From positions 40,984,001-41,048,000 of the forward strand of contig NC_087436.1 of assembly GCF_036321535.1 (NCBI RefSeq): DNA of 64,000 nucleotides, in the 5' to 3' direction. A program made the translations under genes and the position numbers. Source of the stretch: Camelus dromedarius. Lineage: Eukaryota. The notes below the pieces were generated by a model that had not been told where the DNA came from, did not search any database, and saw nothing but the letters and a program-made list of their open reading frames with translations. Of the stretch, positions 1 through 13,234 are shown piece after piece (positions within the stretch are counted from its first letter, which is position 1; each line of letters starts with the position of its first letter).

Positions 1-1922
1 ATCAAAACTGTGTGCTGCACATGTAGAATGCCAACTAAAACAGTTCAGCTGTTATTCACGTATTTTAGGTTGAAAGATAGATAATGCGCATATGACTTTA
101 TTAGATTGATGGGAGAACTGCATGGTTTTGCTGTGAAAAGGTGATTAAAAACTTCACATAAAGCCATCATCACAATGCGAACTTTGGAACTGTAAGTGAT
201 ACATGCTTTTTTCTAGATCAATTCAACAAGACAATTTATAAATATATTTCTCAAGGCATGTAATAATGTGATGTGATATTTCTTTGATTGGATTTTCTTT
301 TACTTAAATGCAAAGAAATAAGTGATAAATAAATGATATAGTAAAAACTTAAATTAAAATTAATTACTTTGTAAAATTTTACAGTCTTTTTTTTTAAAAC
401 CTAGGAAAAGCTATTCCTTTGCTCTTTTCATGCAACTCTGTCAGAATCATGGATTTTTTTTTTACTATAGCAGTGGAAAAATAAAAAATATATTTTTAAC
501 TTATTTAAGCTTTAAATTTACAATTTTCTCTAGAGAAAAAGTACTAAGTTTATTTAGGTGAAAACCTGCTATAATTAAATCTCCTTCTATTGACTAAGAT
601 GCAATGGGGAAAAACAAGAAAATCAGTCATTTTCTAAAACATTAAACAAAGAATGCAGTACTCTAAATTTAAACCTAAAATATAAAGAAATACCACAACT
701 GCACCTCAGCAAGATATTCAGAGTTGGTAGCTTATGTATCAAATGTACTCTCTTGCTTCTATTTCTGATATAAACACACAAATATATAGCTTGCTATAGG
801 TACCTAGATAGGTAGATAGTTAGGTAGATAATATTATGTACACATGCATATGTATATTCATGTGGGAATTTATAATTATTTTAATGACAGTTCAGGGGTA
901 GGAGGCATGTAAAGAACCCATATATTAGATAAATTTACTTCCTTATCTATTGAACTAATTAAATATATTTAAGCCTTTCATAGCATAGCCATTGTAGGAA
1001 TTCTTCAACATTTTAAGATGTGATGATCATAGGCATTTATTATGCTTATAAAATAATGGAAGTGATTTCTAGCATCCACAGAAGACATCAAACTCATGTC
1101 ACTTAATCTTACTATTAGAGATTTCTCTATGATTTTTTAAAATGGTAGGGATAAAAATGATGTCTTTATTTACTCTTAAAAAAATTGAAGGACCAGCAAT
1201 GCAACATAGCTCTCTGGGGAATGTATTACAGTTTTTTTAACTATAAAGATATTGAATAATACAATGATTCCCGAACGAAAAGTGTTTTGTTATACCTGGA
1301 ATATTTTATAAAAGAGGCAGAAAAATAATTTCCCTCAGGGCAGTCCAATGAAGTAATAGAAATTTCATCTTTCTTCCAAACAAGTATCAGCTCCTATGAT
1401 GTGATAAGTAGGAATAAAATATATAAAAATAACATATTGTGATGGTGTCTGACTTGTCTGTGTGTGTATTTGCAAACAAATGTGTGACAGAGACAAAATA
1501 ACAGAGATTTTTGTCAAAGAAAACATTTAAAAACATTTCATATTGTGTCCATTTCTGACTTACCTTAACATTTTTCTGATTATTAAAATTATAGAAGATA
1601 GTAGGTAATTTAATAGTTATTTTATTTTGTCAAAAACGCATTTGGCTTATATACGTGAAGATGATGTGCCAAATTGTCAAATTACATTCACATGAATCTC
1701 ACACAATATCATTTGAACAAGTGATTCAAGAACTACAGGCTTACAACACAGAGGTAAACCATTCTTTGGGAAAATTTGATCCTGTTAGACACAGTTCCCT
1801 ATAAGAAACCTTTCTTTTCTTACATTAGACCAATGTCTGATTTCAGATTTAATGCAAATTACATTTTGATAGTGGGATAACTCCATTTTATTTTCCCACT
1901 AATTACACAGTTCATGTTTTAT

Positions 1923-3900
1923 TCATTTCAATAGATGTAGAAGAAGTATTTGACAAGATACAATACTCCATTATAAAAACAACAAACAGATTTGAAGGGA
2001 ACTTTTCAACCTGATAAATAACAGTTATGAAAACCCTACAACTAACATCTTACTTGATGATGAAGGACTCAATGTTTTTCCCCTAAGTTAGGAACAAGAC
2101 AATGGAATCTTCTCTCATCACTTCTACTCAACATTGTACTGGAGGTTTTAGCCAGGACAAATAGACAAGAAAAAGAAATAAAAGGCATCTTAATCAAAAA
2201 AGAAAAAGTAAAACTATATTTACAGATGACATGACCTGATATATAGAAAATCCTACAGAATCCACATAAATATTTTCGAACTAATAAACAAGTTTATCAA
2301 GGTCACAGATGCAAGATCAATAAATAAAAAAAAATGAGTTGTATTCTCTATACTAGCAATGTATAATCCAAAAATGAAATTTAAAAAAATTTACAATAGC
2401 ATTAAGAAGCATAAAATAGGAAAAACAAAATAAGCGGAATTTAAAGGGACCCAGAATAAACAAAACAGCTTGGAAAAGAACAAAGTTGGAAGACTCCCAC
2501 TTCAGATTTAAAAATTTTTGACAGAACCATAATAGCCAAGACAAGTGAGGCTAGCATAATGATAGAAATATTACTCACTGGAATAGAAATGAGAGTCCAG
2601 AAATAAACCCTTCCATTCATGGTCAATTAATTTTTGATAGGTGTGCCAAGACAATTCAAAGGAAGAAAGAATAGTCTCTTTAACAAAGGTGCCAGGACAA
2701 CTGGACAATAAAAATTTAACTCAAAATGGGTCACAGATATAAATGTAAGAGGTAAAACTATAAAATGGCTAATGAAGGTGTAGGAGTATATCTTTGTGAC
2801 CATGGGTTCAGGAAAAGATGCTTAGATATGACACCAAAAACACAACTGATAAAGGAAATAAACAAACATATACATACACAGAACTTCATCAAAATTAATT
2901 ACTTTGTGCTTCAAAGAATACCATCAAGAAAGTGGGAGAACAACCTACAGAATGGGAAGAAGTATTTGTAAATCATATATCTGATAAGGGATGTGTATCT
3001 AGAATATTTATAATATATACATAGATTTATATATATATATTTATATGTTATACATATATATTTAAGACTTGTGACAATGAAATAAGAGGACAAACAATAC
3101 AATTTTTCAAATGGGAAAAAGATCTCATTGAAAATTTCTGCAGTTGAACAAAAGGTACATGAAAAGATGGTCAACACTACTAACAACCAGGGAAATGCAA
3201 ACTGAAACCATGAGACAGCACTTCTTACCACTAGAATGGCCAAACAGAAGTAAGTGTGCTGAAAACATGAAAAATTTAGAACTCTCATACACTACTGGAA
3301 GAAATACTGCTTTTGACAACAGTGTCCAGTTCCTCAAAGGTTAAAGTTACCATATATTCCAGAAATTCTTCTTCTAGACATATAACCAAGATAAATGAAA
3401 ACGTGTATCTACACAAAACTTGTGCACTAAAGTACATTACAGTATATCCATAATAGAAAATGTAGAAACAGCCCAAATGTCCATCAACTAATGAAAGGGT
3501 AAGTAAAAATACATGGAATTCATGTACATGCAATGAAATATTACTAGGCAACAAAAAGGAATGAAGTACTGATACATGCTACAGCAAAGGATGAAACTTA
3601 AAACATTGTAAGAGAAAGAAGACAGTCACCTAAGATTACATATTGCATGAAATGTCTAAAATAGGCAAATATATAGAGATAGAAGGTCGATTAGTGGTTG
3701 TCTAGGATTGGGGAGGGAGGATAGGAAATGATTAGTAATATGTATAGAATTTCTTTTTGGGTGATGAAATGTTCTAAAGTGAATTGCAATTATGGTTACA
3801 GACATCTGTGAGTACACTGAAACTCACGGAATTCTGCCTTTTAAATGAGTAAATTATATGTTATGCAAATTAGATATCAATAAAGCTGTTATTTTAAAAA
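1923..3900 (+). mobile_element. LINE-1 (L1MB7/8-like), 5'-truncated: decayed ORF2 RT/C-terminus plus 3' UTR
   Basis: Degenerate ORF2 motifs ISIDVEEVFDKIQ (1925-), GTRQ (2091), [28 protein letters not shown] (=FADDM, 2219-2233). L1MB-type 3' UTR ending caataaagctgtt plus A-rich tail at ~3880-3900. Internal deletion near 2440 and many stops/frameshifts. Confidence 0.92.
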
Positions 3901-5369
3901 GATAATAAATATTCAAAACAAAAATAACTGGAAGCAAGTTCAGTCTTGATAAAAGACTGCTTTCATGTTCATAAACGTGACAACTTGCTTTGTTGCTTTG
4001 GAATCTGCGGCCAGCATTGAGGAGAAATCAAAAATGTGTAAAGAATTGCATATTTCTAAAGAGAACTGAACACTTTTAAAGATAGATAACTCATCAGAAT
4101 TTATTAACAGGAAACCGAGGTACAATGGCCATCTGCAACAGTCTACTCCCTTCTCTCAGATGTATTCCAAGAAATTATTGAAGTCATTATTCTTCTGCCT
4201 ACTGGGAAGATATTTTTTTTCACTATCCTTATGGAAAGGCAAGATATTTTTCTATCTACCATGTCACATAGGAGAACTCCAAAAGACTCAAAAATGGTGA
4301 TTGGAAGTCACTGCAAGAAGGTGAATTGTGCATCTTTTTCCCAAATGGCATCTCCTTTTGTGTGAGATTTCCTATTCCCCCATTTCTTTCTTTGAAGAAA
4401 AAATATATATTGACAAAAATCAGAATCTTTGAGTTTCCTGTATGTCAAATAGACTATGTGGAAGGTGGCCAGGCATGAGCCCTCTTTTTAATATTCTACT
4501 CAAAGAAACTTCCTATGGAAGACAAACAAAAAACAAAACCAAAAACCATAAGTTGTACCATTACAGACAACAGTTGAGCAGGGAGTCTTGGGAGAGTTTC
4601 ACCAAAAGTGAATCTCCATCCTGCAAATCCACTTAAAAAATCTCCTTTTTTAAAAACATCATTATTGTATATCAGTAATTTAGAAGGAAACTTCACAGAT
4701 AACACTGAAAAATCAGGGGAACCAATAGAGGACAGAGCAGCGTTAATGAATAAATGTTAATTTCTTTCTTTTCTGCAATCCCTCCAGTGCATTCCCCATA
4801 GTAATAGAAAGTTACCCTATAAATGGAAGATAGAAGTAGGTTTGGCCCCTCCCCTATTCAAGTTCTGCTTAATGATTGGGAAAGAATGAGCATTAAACTA
4901 CATACATGATTGTAGGCTTAACTGTACAGATTTTATCACTTTTAGGGGTTGGGAGTCTGCCTAAGGTATAAACAAAAAGAGATTCAGAAGGAATGGTTTA
5001 AGACAGTGAGAGAAGAAAAATAGAGAGTATTTATTTTTTAAACAATATTTGTAAAAAAGAAACAAACTATAAACCAAAGGGAACATACTGAGATTCAGAA
5101 AACATAGGTTAAATACATTTATATCACATTACTTCGGATTACATTGCAACTTCAATATTTTAATTGATTACAAGTGGAGGGTAGTGGTGAGGTTGGCTAG
5201 TTAGGGGAATGCAAAATGTTCATAATACTTAAATAGAAAATCCAGAGTGATTGATACAATTTTTTAAGGCTTAATTAAACTTATAATGCATACTTTTTTA
5301 GAAAGAATCATAACATTCAGGGATTCTCTCCATTAGTTTAAATGGAAATAAGGAGATGTGTTTGTCAGA

Positions 5370-6280
5370 GTTCATTCATCTTTCTATTGCCAAACTTTTC
5401 TTATAAGCAAATAACATTCCCAAGGTTGTGTGAAACTTTAGGCAAGAAATGGAAAATATTCCAGATGTTATACCTTTAAGAAGCCTGTGGTGTATTAAAA
5501 ACATTATATAAATAAGTAAACAAACACATTAAATATTAATGAATTCTGCAGAATACTATGAAGGGAGCAAACAATATTGAGAGTTAAATCAAAACAAAAC
5601 AAAGTAAGTGTATGGCTGGATTGACCTAGTTTCTGGATGTTACCCAAAAAGCATCTACTAGGAGGTAAGATTTAAGCTGTGATTTAAAGACTTGTGATGA
5701 ATTATTATCAGTAAAGTTGAAATCAGGGCTAACAACATTAGCTGTGTTTGGAGCAGGAAAGAGCCCAGGACATGCTAGGAATGGGCAATAACAAGTGGAG
5801 GAGTTTAGCACATCAGGGGATGCACATTGAGGGTGCAAGATCAGGGGCAAGAGCACTTGAAGTTTTTGAAAGGTTTCAGGTGAGCAGTTATGTGAATGCA
5901 TTTAATTTGTACCATGACTGGTTATAGCATGGAGTATCCAGAATTCAGGGAGAAAAAAAGAAAGGATGGTTAGGAGACCATACCAATAAAGAATGCAAGA
6001 GGAAATTTGGTGACATGTGGCTTCAATGGAAATGGACAGAATTTGAAACATATTTTGGAGGTAAGTCATGCACAGATTAAGATCAAGGGGAAAATCAGTA
6101 ACTAGATTTCTCACTTGGCCACTGTGAGCTTGGTAGAAACATTTTTCAAGTTAAGAACATAATGAGGGTGGGGACACAGCAGGTTTAGTGTAAGAATCAA
6201 ACATTCAGTTTTGGATGTATTAGTTTAAATTTATCTTTAAAAAATCAAACTGAGATATAAAGTAGGTGAGTGGATAGAGA
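5370..6280 (-). mobile_element. LINE-2 (L2a-like) remnant
   Basis: Antisense L2 3' end (ttcattcatc at 5371) followed by typical antisense L2 blocks 'ggaggtaagatttaagctg', 'gaaacatattttggaggtaag', 'ttcagttttggatgtattagttt'. Confidence 0.75.
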
Positions 6281-7109
6281 AGACCACTGACCTTGGTTCT
6301 AGATAGAAAAGCACTGGCAGGAATTGAAAGTCAGAGGTGAGAAAGACTCTAAAAGATTAGTGAATGAATTGTTCAACCTTCTTTTCTTAGTGTAGCAAGA
6401 TTATATGGAGGGAAATGAAGCCAGAAAAGGGCAGTACATATTATACACTATGAACACTAATATAAAATTTAGGAATTAACTGTTAAAGGCAATGAGCAAT
6501 TTAAATGCAAATGTGAAAATAATAAAAGAATAACAGAAAAAAAGATTTGGGTCAGATATTTGAGTTTTGATTTCTCTTAGGTAAAAGAAATAGAGAGTAG
6601 TGATAATACCTGAGGCAACAAATCCAGTTGGGGACTGAGGTGAAGCAAACCAACCAAAATAACAAAAATGAAGAAGATGAATGGAGTCAGGGAAGTGTGA
6701 GAATCTGGTTGGGACCTTTATTTTCTTTTCAAAGTATAACTTCATCCACTTCATATATGATTTTTCTTCACTTTTTAGAAAGTAAAATGCAGTTATTTTC
6801 TGAGTAATATTTGAAAGATAGATGTTTCTAATTTATATGTGATTTTGATTTTTCTTATTTTTAGTATCATCAAATCTTCCTATAATGACTTATCATTTTT
6901 GTACATCAAATTTAAAGCAGCTAAAGTAATAAACAAATTCTAAATCATTAAGGTAAAGATAATATCAATGGGATATAATATCAATTAGACAAATTTGTAA
7001 AGTATAAGTTTCTTCATTTTTCTTCTTAAAAACTATTTTCACAGACTGATTATAAAATCTATTTTATGGTATAGCTAAGGAATTAATAAATAATATATTT
7101 TTTCTTACT

Positions 7110-7548
7110 TTTTGGTTCAACGAAGTCCGAACCCCTGAGAAAAATATATGGGAGTCAGAAAAAAGTCACATAAAAACGTCGATACTTTTATTGCCTTAAT
7201 CTATGGGGAAATGAACTAGTATCTTATATCTTTGGGAAAATGCATTTAGTATTTCACCCCTGAGTAGACAAACTTGCCCATCCAATTAACACACTGTTTT
7301 CCACATGGTATCTTGCTTCTATCAAGCTCACAACATGGAAGACTTGAGACATATATGCCCTTCCAAACTGGCAGTTCCCACAACCAAGGAAGGAGCTTAT
7401 TCAACAACTTGTGTTATATTCATTCATCTTCCTTCTCTTGAGAGTAATAATTGGGTGGGTGGTACGAGAGCCCAGGATGGGGATCCCTTGGAGCTCCCCA
7501 ACCCTGAAACACCATGTATGATGCAGGGAGAGTCTCCCAGAGTTTATC
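7110..7548 (-). mobile_element. Unclassified ancient LTR-like fragment
   Basis: Locally GC-richer block with antisense polyA signal (tttattg, 7187) and ...tatca end; family not recognised. Confidence 0.3.
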
Positions 7549-7549
7549 A

Positions 7550-8070
7550 TTCTGCATTCTTATTTTCAAATAAGAGAAACTTACTACAAAGGAAAAGGAA
7601 TTCTTATGAAGGTATTGTGTTCCTCACATCATCTTCAGGAGAGCTGGAGAATTAGATTTAAAGCTACAGAGACAGGAAAATATCTCATACCAGCCACTGA
7701 AGTGACTGATCCAGTGAAAAACCTCTATTGCATTTGCCAAGCAAAACAGGCGGAGCTGTCACTACTGCTTTTACTTCACAAGGGGACTGAACCTACCCTA
7801 ACAATATCTGCTCCAGAAAGATCACTCCATGTTTCCTTCTTATTTTTAACAAAATCAAATCAGTGGAGTCTAAGTTGTGTGTCATTGCAGTCTTTTACAA
7901 AGGAAGCTTGGAAAGTGAATATCTGACAGTTCCAGCATTGCTAGTGGGAGGCTACTGGGATTCACAGCAGGGTCAATTCTGCAAACATTGAAAAGGGGTT
8001 CAGATGCTACACACATACACACAAACACACATACACACACACACATCACAAATGTTCATTACAAGCCATC
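7550..8070 (-). mobile_element. Old MaLR LTR (MLT1K/L/M-like), with (CA)n at 8008-8046
   Basis: 'caaataagagaaacttact...aaaaggaattcttatgaagg...ctcacatcatc...gagagctggagaa' resembles the antisense start of old MLT1 LTRs; it abuts ERVL-type internal sequence. Confidence 0.5.
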
Positions 8071-8900
8071 ATGTTTGCTGTCTATAATATATTGATCCTA
8101 TCATAAATAAATTTACTTTCCCCCTCTGAAAACACTCAGCACAGTGAGGGAGAATACCTTATTTAAAATGAAATAGCAAATAAGAGAATATGGTGACAAA
8201 TTTCGTATCCAGGTCATATTTGGTGTATATAGCATTCCTTATCTACAACCAATTCATGTTCCTTTTACTTTCTGTTGGCACTTAACTGGTCAGACCTCTT
8301 TGCTTGATGGCATGACTCAGTCATTCCTGAAGATTCTGATTACTTGGAGCTCCATCCTGTACAGAATTTCATTAGCTTTTACTTCTTTCAATGGTGGACA
8401 ATGGCAATATTGGAAGTACAGCAGAGAATCACTTTGATTCAATCCATATCTTTTCCACTTCCTTATAAGGGTTAAGGTGAGCACCTACCCATTGCCAAAA
8501 TGCATTGTTTTGATCACTATAAATACTCCCAAATTCCCAGAGAGCACTTTCAGCTTCTAACCTAATACAAACTTTGTTTTTTTCTTTAATAGAAGCAATT
8601 GTAATTAAATATAAAAATCTCTAAGTAGGGGAATTCAGAGTCAATGAGATGGAAAAGAATTTGCTCATGAGTTATTGGGCACAGTGTTGAGAAATTTCAA
8701 TTGCTTCAAACCCCTTAGATCCAAAATACATACGTTACAATGTTGGAAAAGTTTCATAGAATTTTTTCCTTGTTCAAAGCATAAACAATAATTTGTAACT
8801 TAAAGAATATTTTACCAAAGTTCTTGACACTCTAACCAGAACCAGTTAACACTGTCGAAAAAAATCAACTATTAAGAATATTTCTCCATAGGTAAATTGG
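8070..8900 (-). mobile_element. ERVL/MaLR internal remnant (integrase C-terminus/dUTPase region)
   Basis: Collinear with the antisense ERVL 3' internal region: 'tggcatgactcagtcattcctgaag', 'atggcaatattggaagt', 'gagttattgggcacagtgttgag...acccctta gatcc', 'ttcaaagcataaaca'. No intact ORF. Confidence 0.65.
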
Positions 8901-9809
8901 TATCAAAGCACACTCTATTATTTCACTCATTTCTGTGTGAATTTGTGTATGTGCATACAAAAAACATATTATTTGATTCTAGTGGTTAAGCATTTACATC
9001 CAGACGAATGTTTGATGATGCTTACTGAAGCAATAATATTTACAAATGAACACTAAAACTTTTGCCTTGTCTTTCAAGAATCTCATAGTTGAAAATTATT
9101 TCCCATTTTAGTAACAAATATCTGAGAATTTAGCATTATTCAATTTTTCCATTTTTCAAAAAGCTTTGGAAATGTGTTTATAGTATACCTGTTCCCAAAC
9201 TGCTTATTGCTGCTAAGACTTCCACTAAACATTACTTAGTCTCAAAACTGGTTGTACTGAAGATTCTAAGATTCCATAGTCACCTGGACCTCCAGTTCTG
9301 CTCTGCGATCTTACTAGTCAACTCTCTAACCACTATTAATATCATTTATCTTACTTTTCCATTTTTATAAATCTCTTTGGAACTTAGAAAACAAGCTCAA
9401 ACACTACTTCTGGGACAAATCAGAATCATACAGGAATACTTTCCCTTCTGTCCTGCTGCTGGATACATGCAAAAATATCAAATATTTCATAAAACCTACT
9501 CTCTGCCCAGCCCTGAATAACTAGACCTAGTTTATAGACAATTGTATGGACCTTGCCATTAGAAGCAAGCAAGAAATAAAAGAGTTCTTCTGACCTTGGC
9601 ACAACAAGTGAAAAAAGAGAAGGGAAAACTCTGATCTGTAAATAAGAATCAGCAACCACAACCATTAATAAAATGTGGGTCATTGAGTCCCTCAGACTCC
9701 ACTGAATTAAAGTAGCTGGATGAAAAAAGAAACTTGAGGATGAAGACTAATAGAGGAATATGGGCCACAAAAAAGTAAAAGAAAAGGAGTATAAATGGTA
9801 TCCTGCTAA

Positions 9810-9895
9810 TCAACATTCATTAAATCATAGGAAAGGAGATTTGAAATATTAACAGATGATTTTTACACACACTAGCACTTGAGAACCACTGATCT
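9810..9895. mobile_element. MER5-like hAT MITE fragment
   Basis: Terminus 'cacttgagaaccactg' typical of MER5A/B ends. Confidence 0.45.
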
Positions 9896-9949
9896 GAAAG
9901 AATGTATAATTAGCAAGTCCTTTGGACTGTCTCTTTCAAATAGTAATTA

Positions 9950-10700
9950 TCTCAGTCATACTTTTGTCATGTATTGGAAAGCAACCAGTTTATTGTCAAA
10001 TTATGAGATGAGTACCTTATGTGCATATTTTGTGCAAAGGATTCAAGATAAATCCTAATGATTCATAGTGTGGATGCTAATATTAACATTATGCTGTTAA
10101 AAAATTTGAGATCTTGAAAAATAGTCTTTTATCTAACATAGACAAATAGTATTTCCATATTATATTAATGAGTAAATACCCACTCTTAGATAAAATAATT
10201 GAAATTTATAACATTTATAAACATCATTGTAGCCTATTTATAAAATCTAGACCAAAAAATATCCACAGTCAGGGACATGACATAAATTATATATAGAAAC
10301 ATTACAAATTACAAAACAATCCCCTCAAGAAGTTTTGGAATATTTTGTATTCTTTCTTTGGCTTCTTCAACTTGATAGTGAATTGTGCAGAATCTATTTA
10401 TAACAATATCATGTATTTTTATATCATCAGGAATCATGCAACTACTTTTCAGCTTTATCCAAGTAGTAAAATGTTTAAAAATAAATTCACTTGTCACTAC
10501 TGAATGCAATGGTAATCAATTTGATGCCATAATGACATTAGAAATCAATAATAGTGTTATTCCCTACTCTTTCGAAAACTGTCTATTACAGAAACAGTAT
10601 CTAAATTTCAAATCAAATGTATTATTTTGAAGATATCTGCATTTAAATGGTATCAGTACTAAAATATTTAGCATGAGGAACTAAGAAGTAGTATTATTAT
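9950..10700 (-). mobile_element. Possible highly decayed hAT (Charlie-like) transposase fragment
   Basis: ORF 10309-10509(-) has FCTIHYQVEEAK, resembling the hAT CxxH block (HCxIHRQALxAK). Weak downstream similarity (EILFVYVR..FQDLKF..MNH*DLS). Confidence 0.3.
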
Positions 10701-11759
10701 GATTTTATATATGTAAATATGTATATAATTACACACCATTGGAACATTTCAAAATAAAAAATCTTTGAAATAAATCAAGATAATTATTTTAATCTGTGTA
10801 AAACATTTATTATTGGTGCTACAAAATTTGAGGATTCTCCTAAGACTGAGATCAACATTTTTAAGAGAGAAAATACTGAGAAAAGAGAGAATTCCAAATT
10901 CCACAATTAACTCATTTATAACTCAAATAAAAATTTCAAAATCAATTTTCTACTTCTATTTTATATTAAAAATATACCTCTATATCTTAAGCTATTGAAA
11001 TATATCACAGCCCTTTCACAGTTCTATACCACATATACAATTTGAAGAACCAAAATAAACAATTATTACAAACATGGGAAAATTAATATCACAACCACGG
11101 GAAATGTAATACAATTGCCCATGAAGAATACCTATGCAGTTGCAGGAATACTCAACTAGACACCATTCTAAATAATATGTAGCTCATAGATTATATTTAA
11201 TCTTTGTCTATGCCAGTTGCCAGTGGACTAAGTAGTTTTTAAAAAATACTATCATTTTTTCAGTGTAGTAAAGTCACAGAATAAATAAAATTTGTGAACA
11301 TTTTAATAGAAACAATAATATTCAAGCCAGTAAGCATTAAATATGTCATAAAATGTGTTCTTTTAATGAAATGCTTTTGCTTGTTTTATATTATTACATA
11401 TTTATTATTTTGAATTCTAAAATTATTTTAGTTAAATTGAAATGATAAAATGTTAAATTTCTTCAGTTTTGATGAATATGATTTGTCTAATTTAGATATC
11501 ATGACATTTTGATTGTTATTAATGAAGACAAAATAATATTCTAATGTAAGCATTTCATTTGAAGAAATACCTTTTTTAATTCCCTCAATGCCATCCTGTG
11601 GCCAGTATTGCTCAGTTTTTCCTCAAGATATATACACATTGTCTGTCTATGATCTAGTGGAAGAGCCAGTATGATTCCTTGTAATAAAACTAGTAAGGCT
11701 AATTTCTTACCATTTTTAGATTTTAATGTAAATATAAAGGTAGGTTCCAATAGGAAGAA

Positions 11760-13060
11760 TACCTACAGCAGAGAAGCTGAACACTGATAAGGCAATGAAA
11801 ATTGTAGTAGACAAGATTACCGAAAGGGAAGATTCTGCCACAGATTTTCCCTGGAGTTTTTGGCCATCCTGGACACTGGCAAGGGGCTGAAAGTCCTATG
11901 CGGAGCTTGGGGTAAAGCCCAGCAGATGATGTGTGTGGGAATCCAGGAGAGCTATTGGTGGAGACCAGGGGTCTCAAGCACATTAACAGTTTCCCCCCTC
12001 AGGACATTTGCTGAATTAACAGAACTCTGTGCAGTATTAAACTAAAAGCCTAAACATAAAAATCTCTGAAAACCTGAGAGAAATTTTTCAACATTCTCAC
12101 TAGAAGTATAGTTAAGAGTCTTCTGGGAGTAGTCTCTTCCAGAAGAAACTACGCCTTTGGTTAAACAGTCTTAGGTAGACTGAGCTCTGCAGGAAAATAC
12201 AAATTAATCTCAAATCACCAGTCTCTTGTTGGGATAAGTGACCAGTCATACTGTATTTGACCAAGGAAGGGAAAGGTTAACTCTGCTAGGGAAGGAGATT
12301 ATCCTGAACTTGAGAAACTTTTTCATATATAACCTTTGGCATTCAAAAAATTTACTACACATGTTAAGAATATGAGCAAAACCAAGAAAAAGCACAGAAA
12401 ATAAAAACCAATTCATAGGTGATCCAGATATCAGTTTGGCTGTTGAGGACACTGTAAGACTATCATTATACTATTCAAGTAAATATAGAAAAATATGAAG
12501 AAAATATACTAAAATGTGAAGAATTTCACTAGAAAGGAAAAATCTCTAAACATGAAACAAATGTTCCTTCTAGAAATAAAAAAATCAAATGTTTGAATTT
12601 AAGGATTTATTTGATGACTTTAGGAGCAGACTGCATACTGAAAAACACAGGATTAGTGAACTGTAATATCAGGTCAATAAAAATATAAAACTGAAGAATA
12701 GAAAGGGATAAAACTGATGAAATACCCCAAACAATAAGAACTACAAGGCAGATTCAGGAACAATGGTGAATAAATTGTAATTATAGTCCCAGAACAAGAA
12801 AAGAGTGAGGATATTTATATAAATAAAGACTGTTTTTCAAAACTGAAGAAAAATATCAAACATTTTCAAGTTCTGCAGATACCAAACAGAATATACACAA
12901 AGAAAATTACACTGATGTATACTGAAATATGTGTGGTAAAAACCAATGTGAAGAGGAAAATGGTAAAGCTGCCAGAACAGAAGAAACCTTACCTTCAAAA
13001 GATCACTGGTTGAAACTTCAACATTAGTATCTTCTTAAATGTATGAAGGAACACCTTATA
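11760..13060 (+). mobile_element. Old L1 (L1ME/HAL1-like) 5' UTR and ORF1 remnant
   Basis: A-rich coiled-coil-coding pattern with L1 ORF1 blocks 'gatccagatat', 'ttctagaaataaaaaa', 'agcagactgcatactgaaaaacacaggattagtgaactg', 'agtcccagaa'. Confidence 0.7.
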
Positions 13061-13234
13061 AGAAGAAAAACAAATTATTAATAGATACATTGAAACAATT
13101 ATCTTTGATCATAATTGAAAAGATATAAAAACTGGCATAAGTCTCCCAAGCAATTTCTGTAAAATTATAATATCTGAATTTAAGTTTGTGTTGGACATGG
13201 ATGCCTCATTTACCACTGATGACTCTATCACTTA

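Noticed and set aside
2353..3554. Cluster of 60-125 aa ORFs
   Set aside because: All lie within the decayed L1MB; fragments of ORF2 or its antisense.
7305..7926. Two ~110-aa plus-strand ORFs
   Set aside because: They span LTR-like remnants, with no recognisable domain or splice structure.
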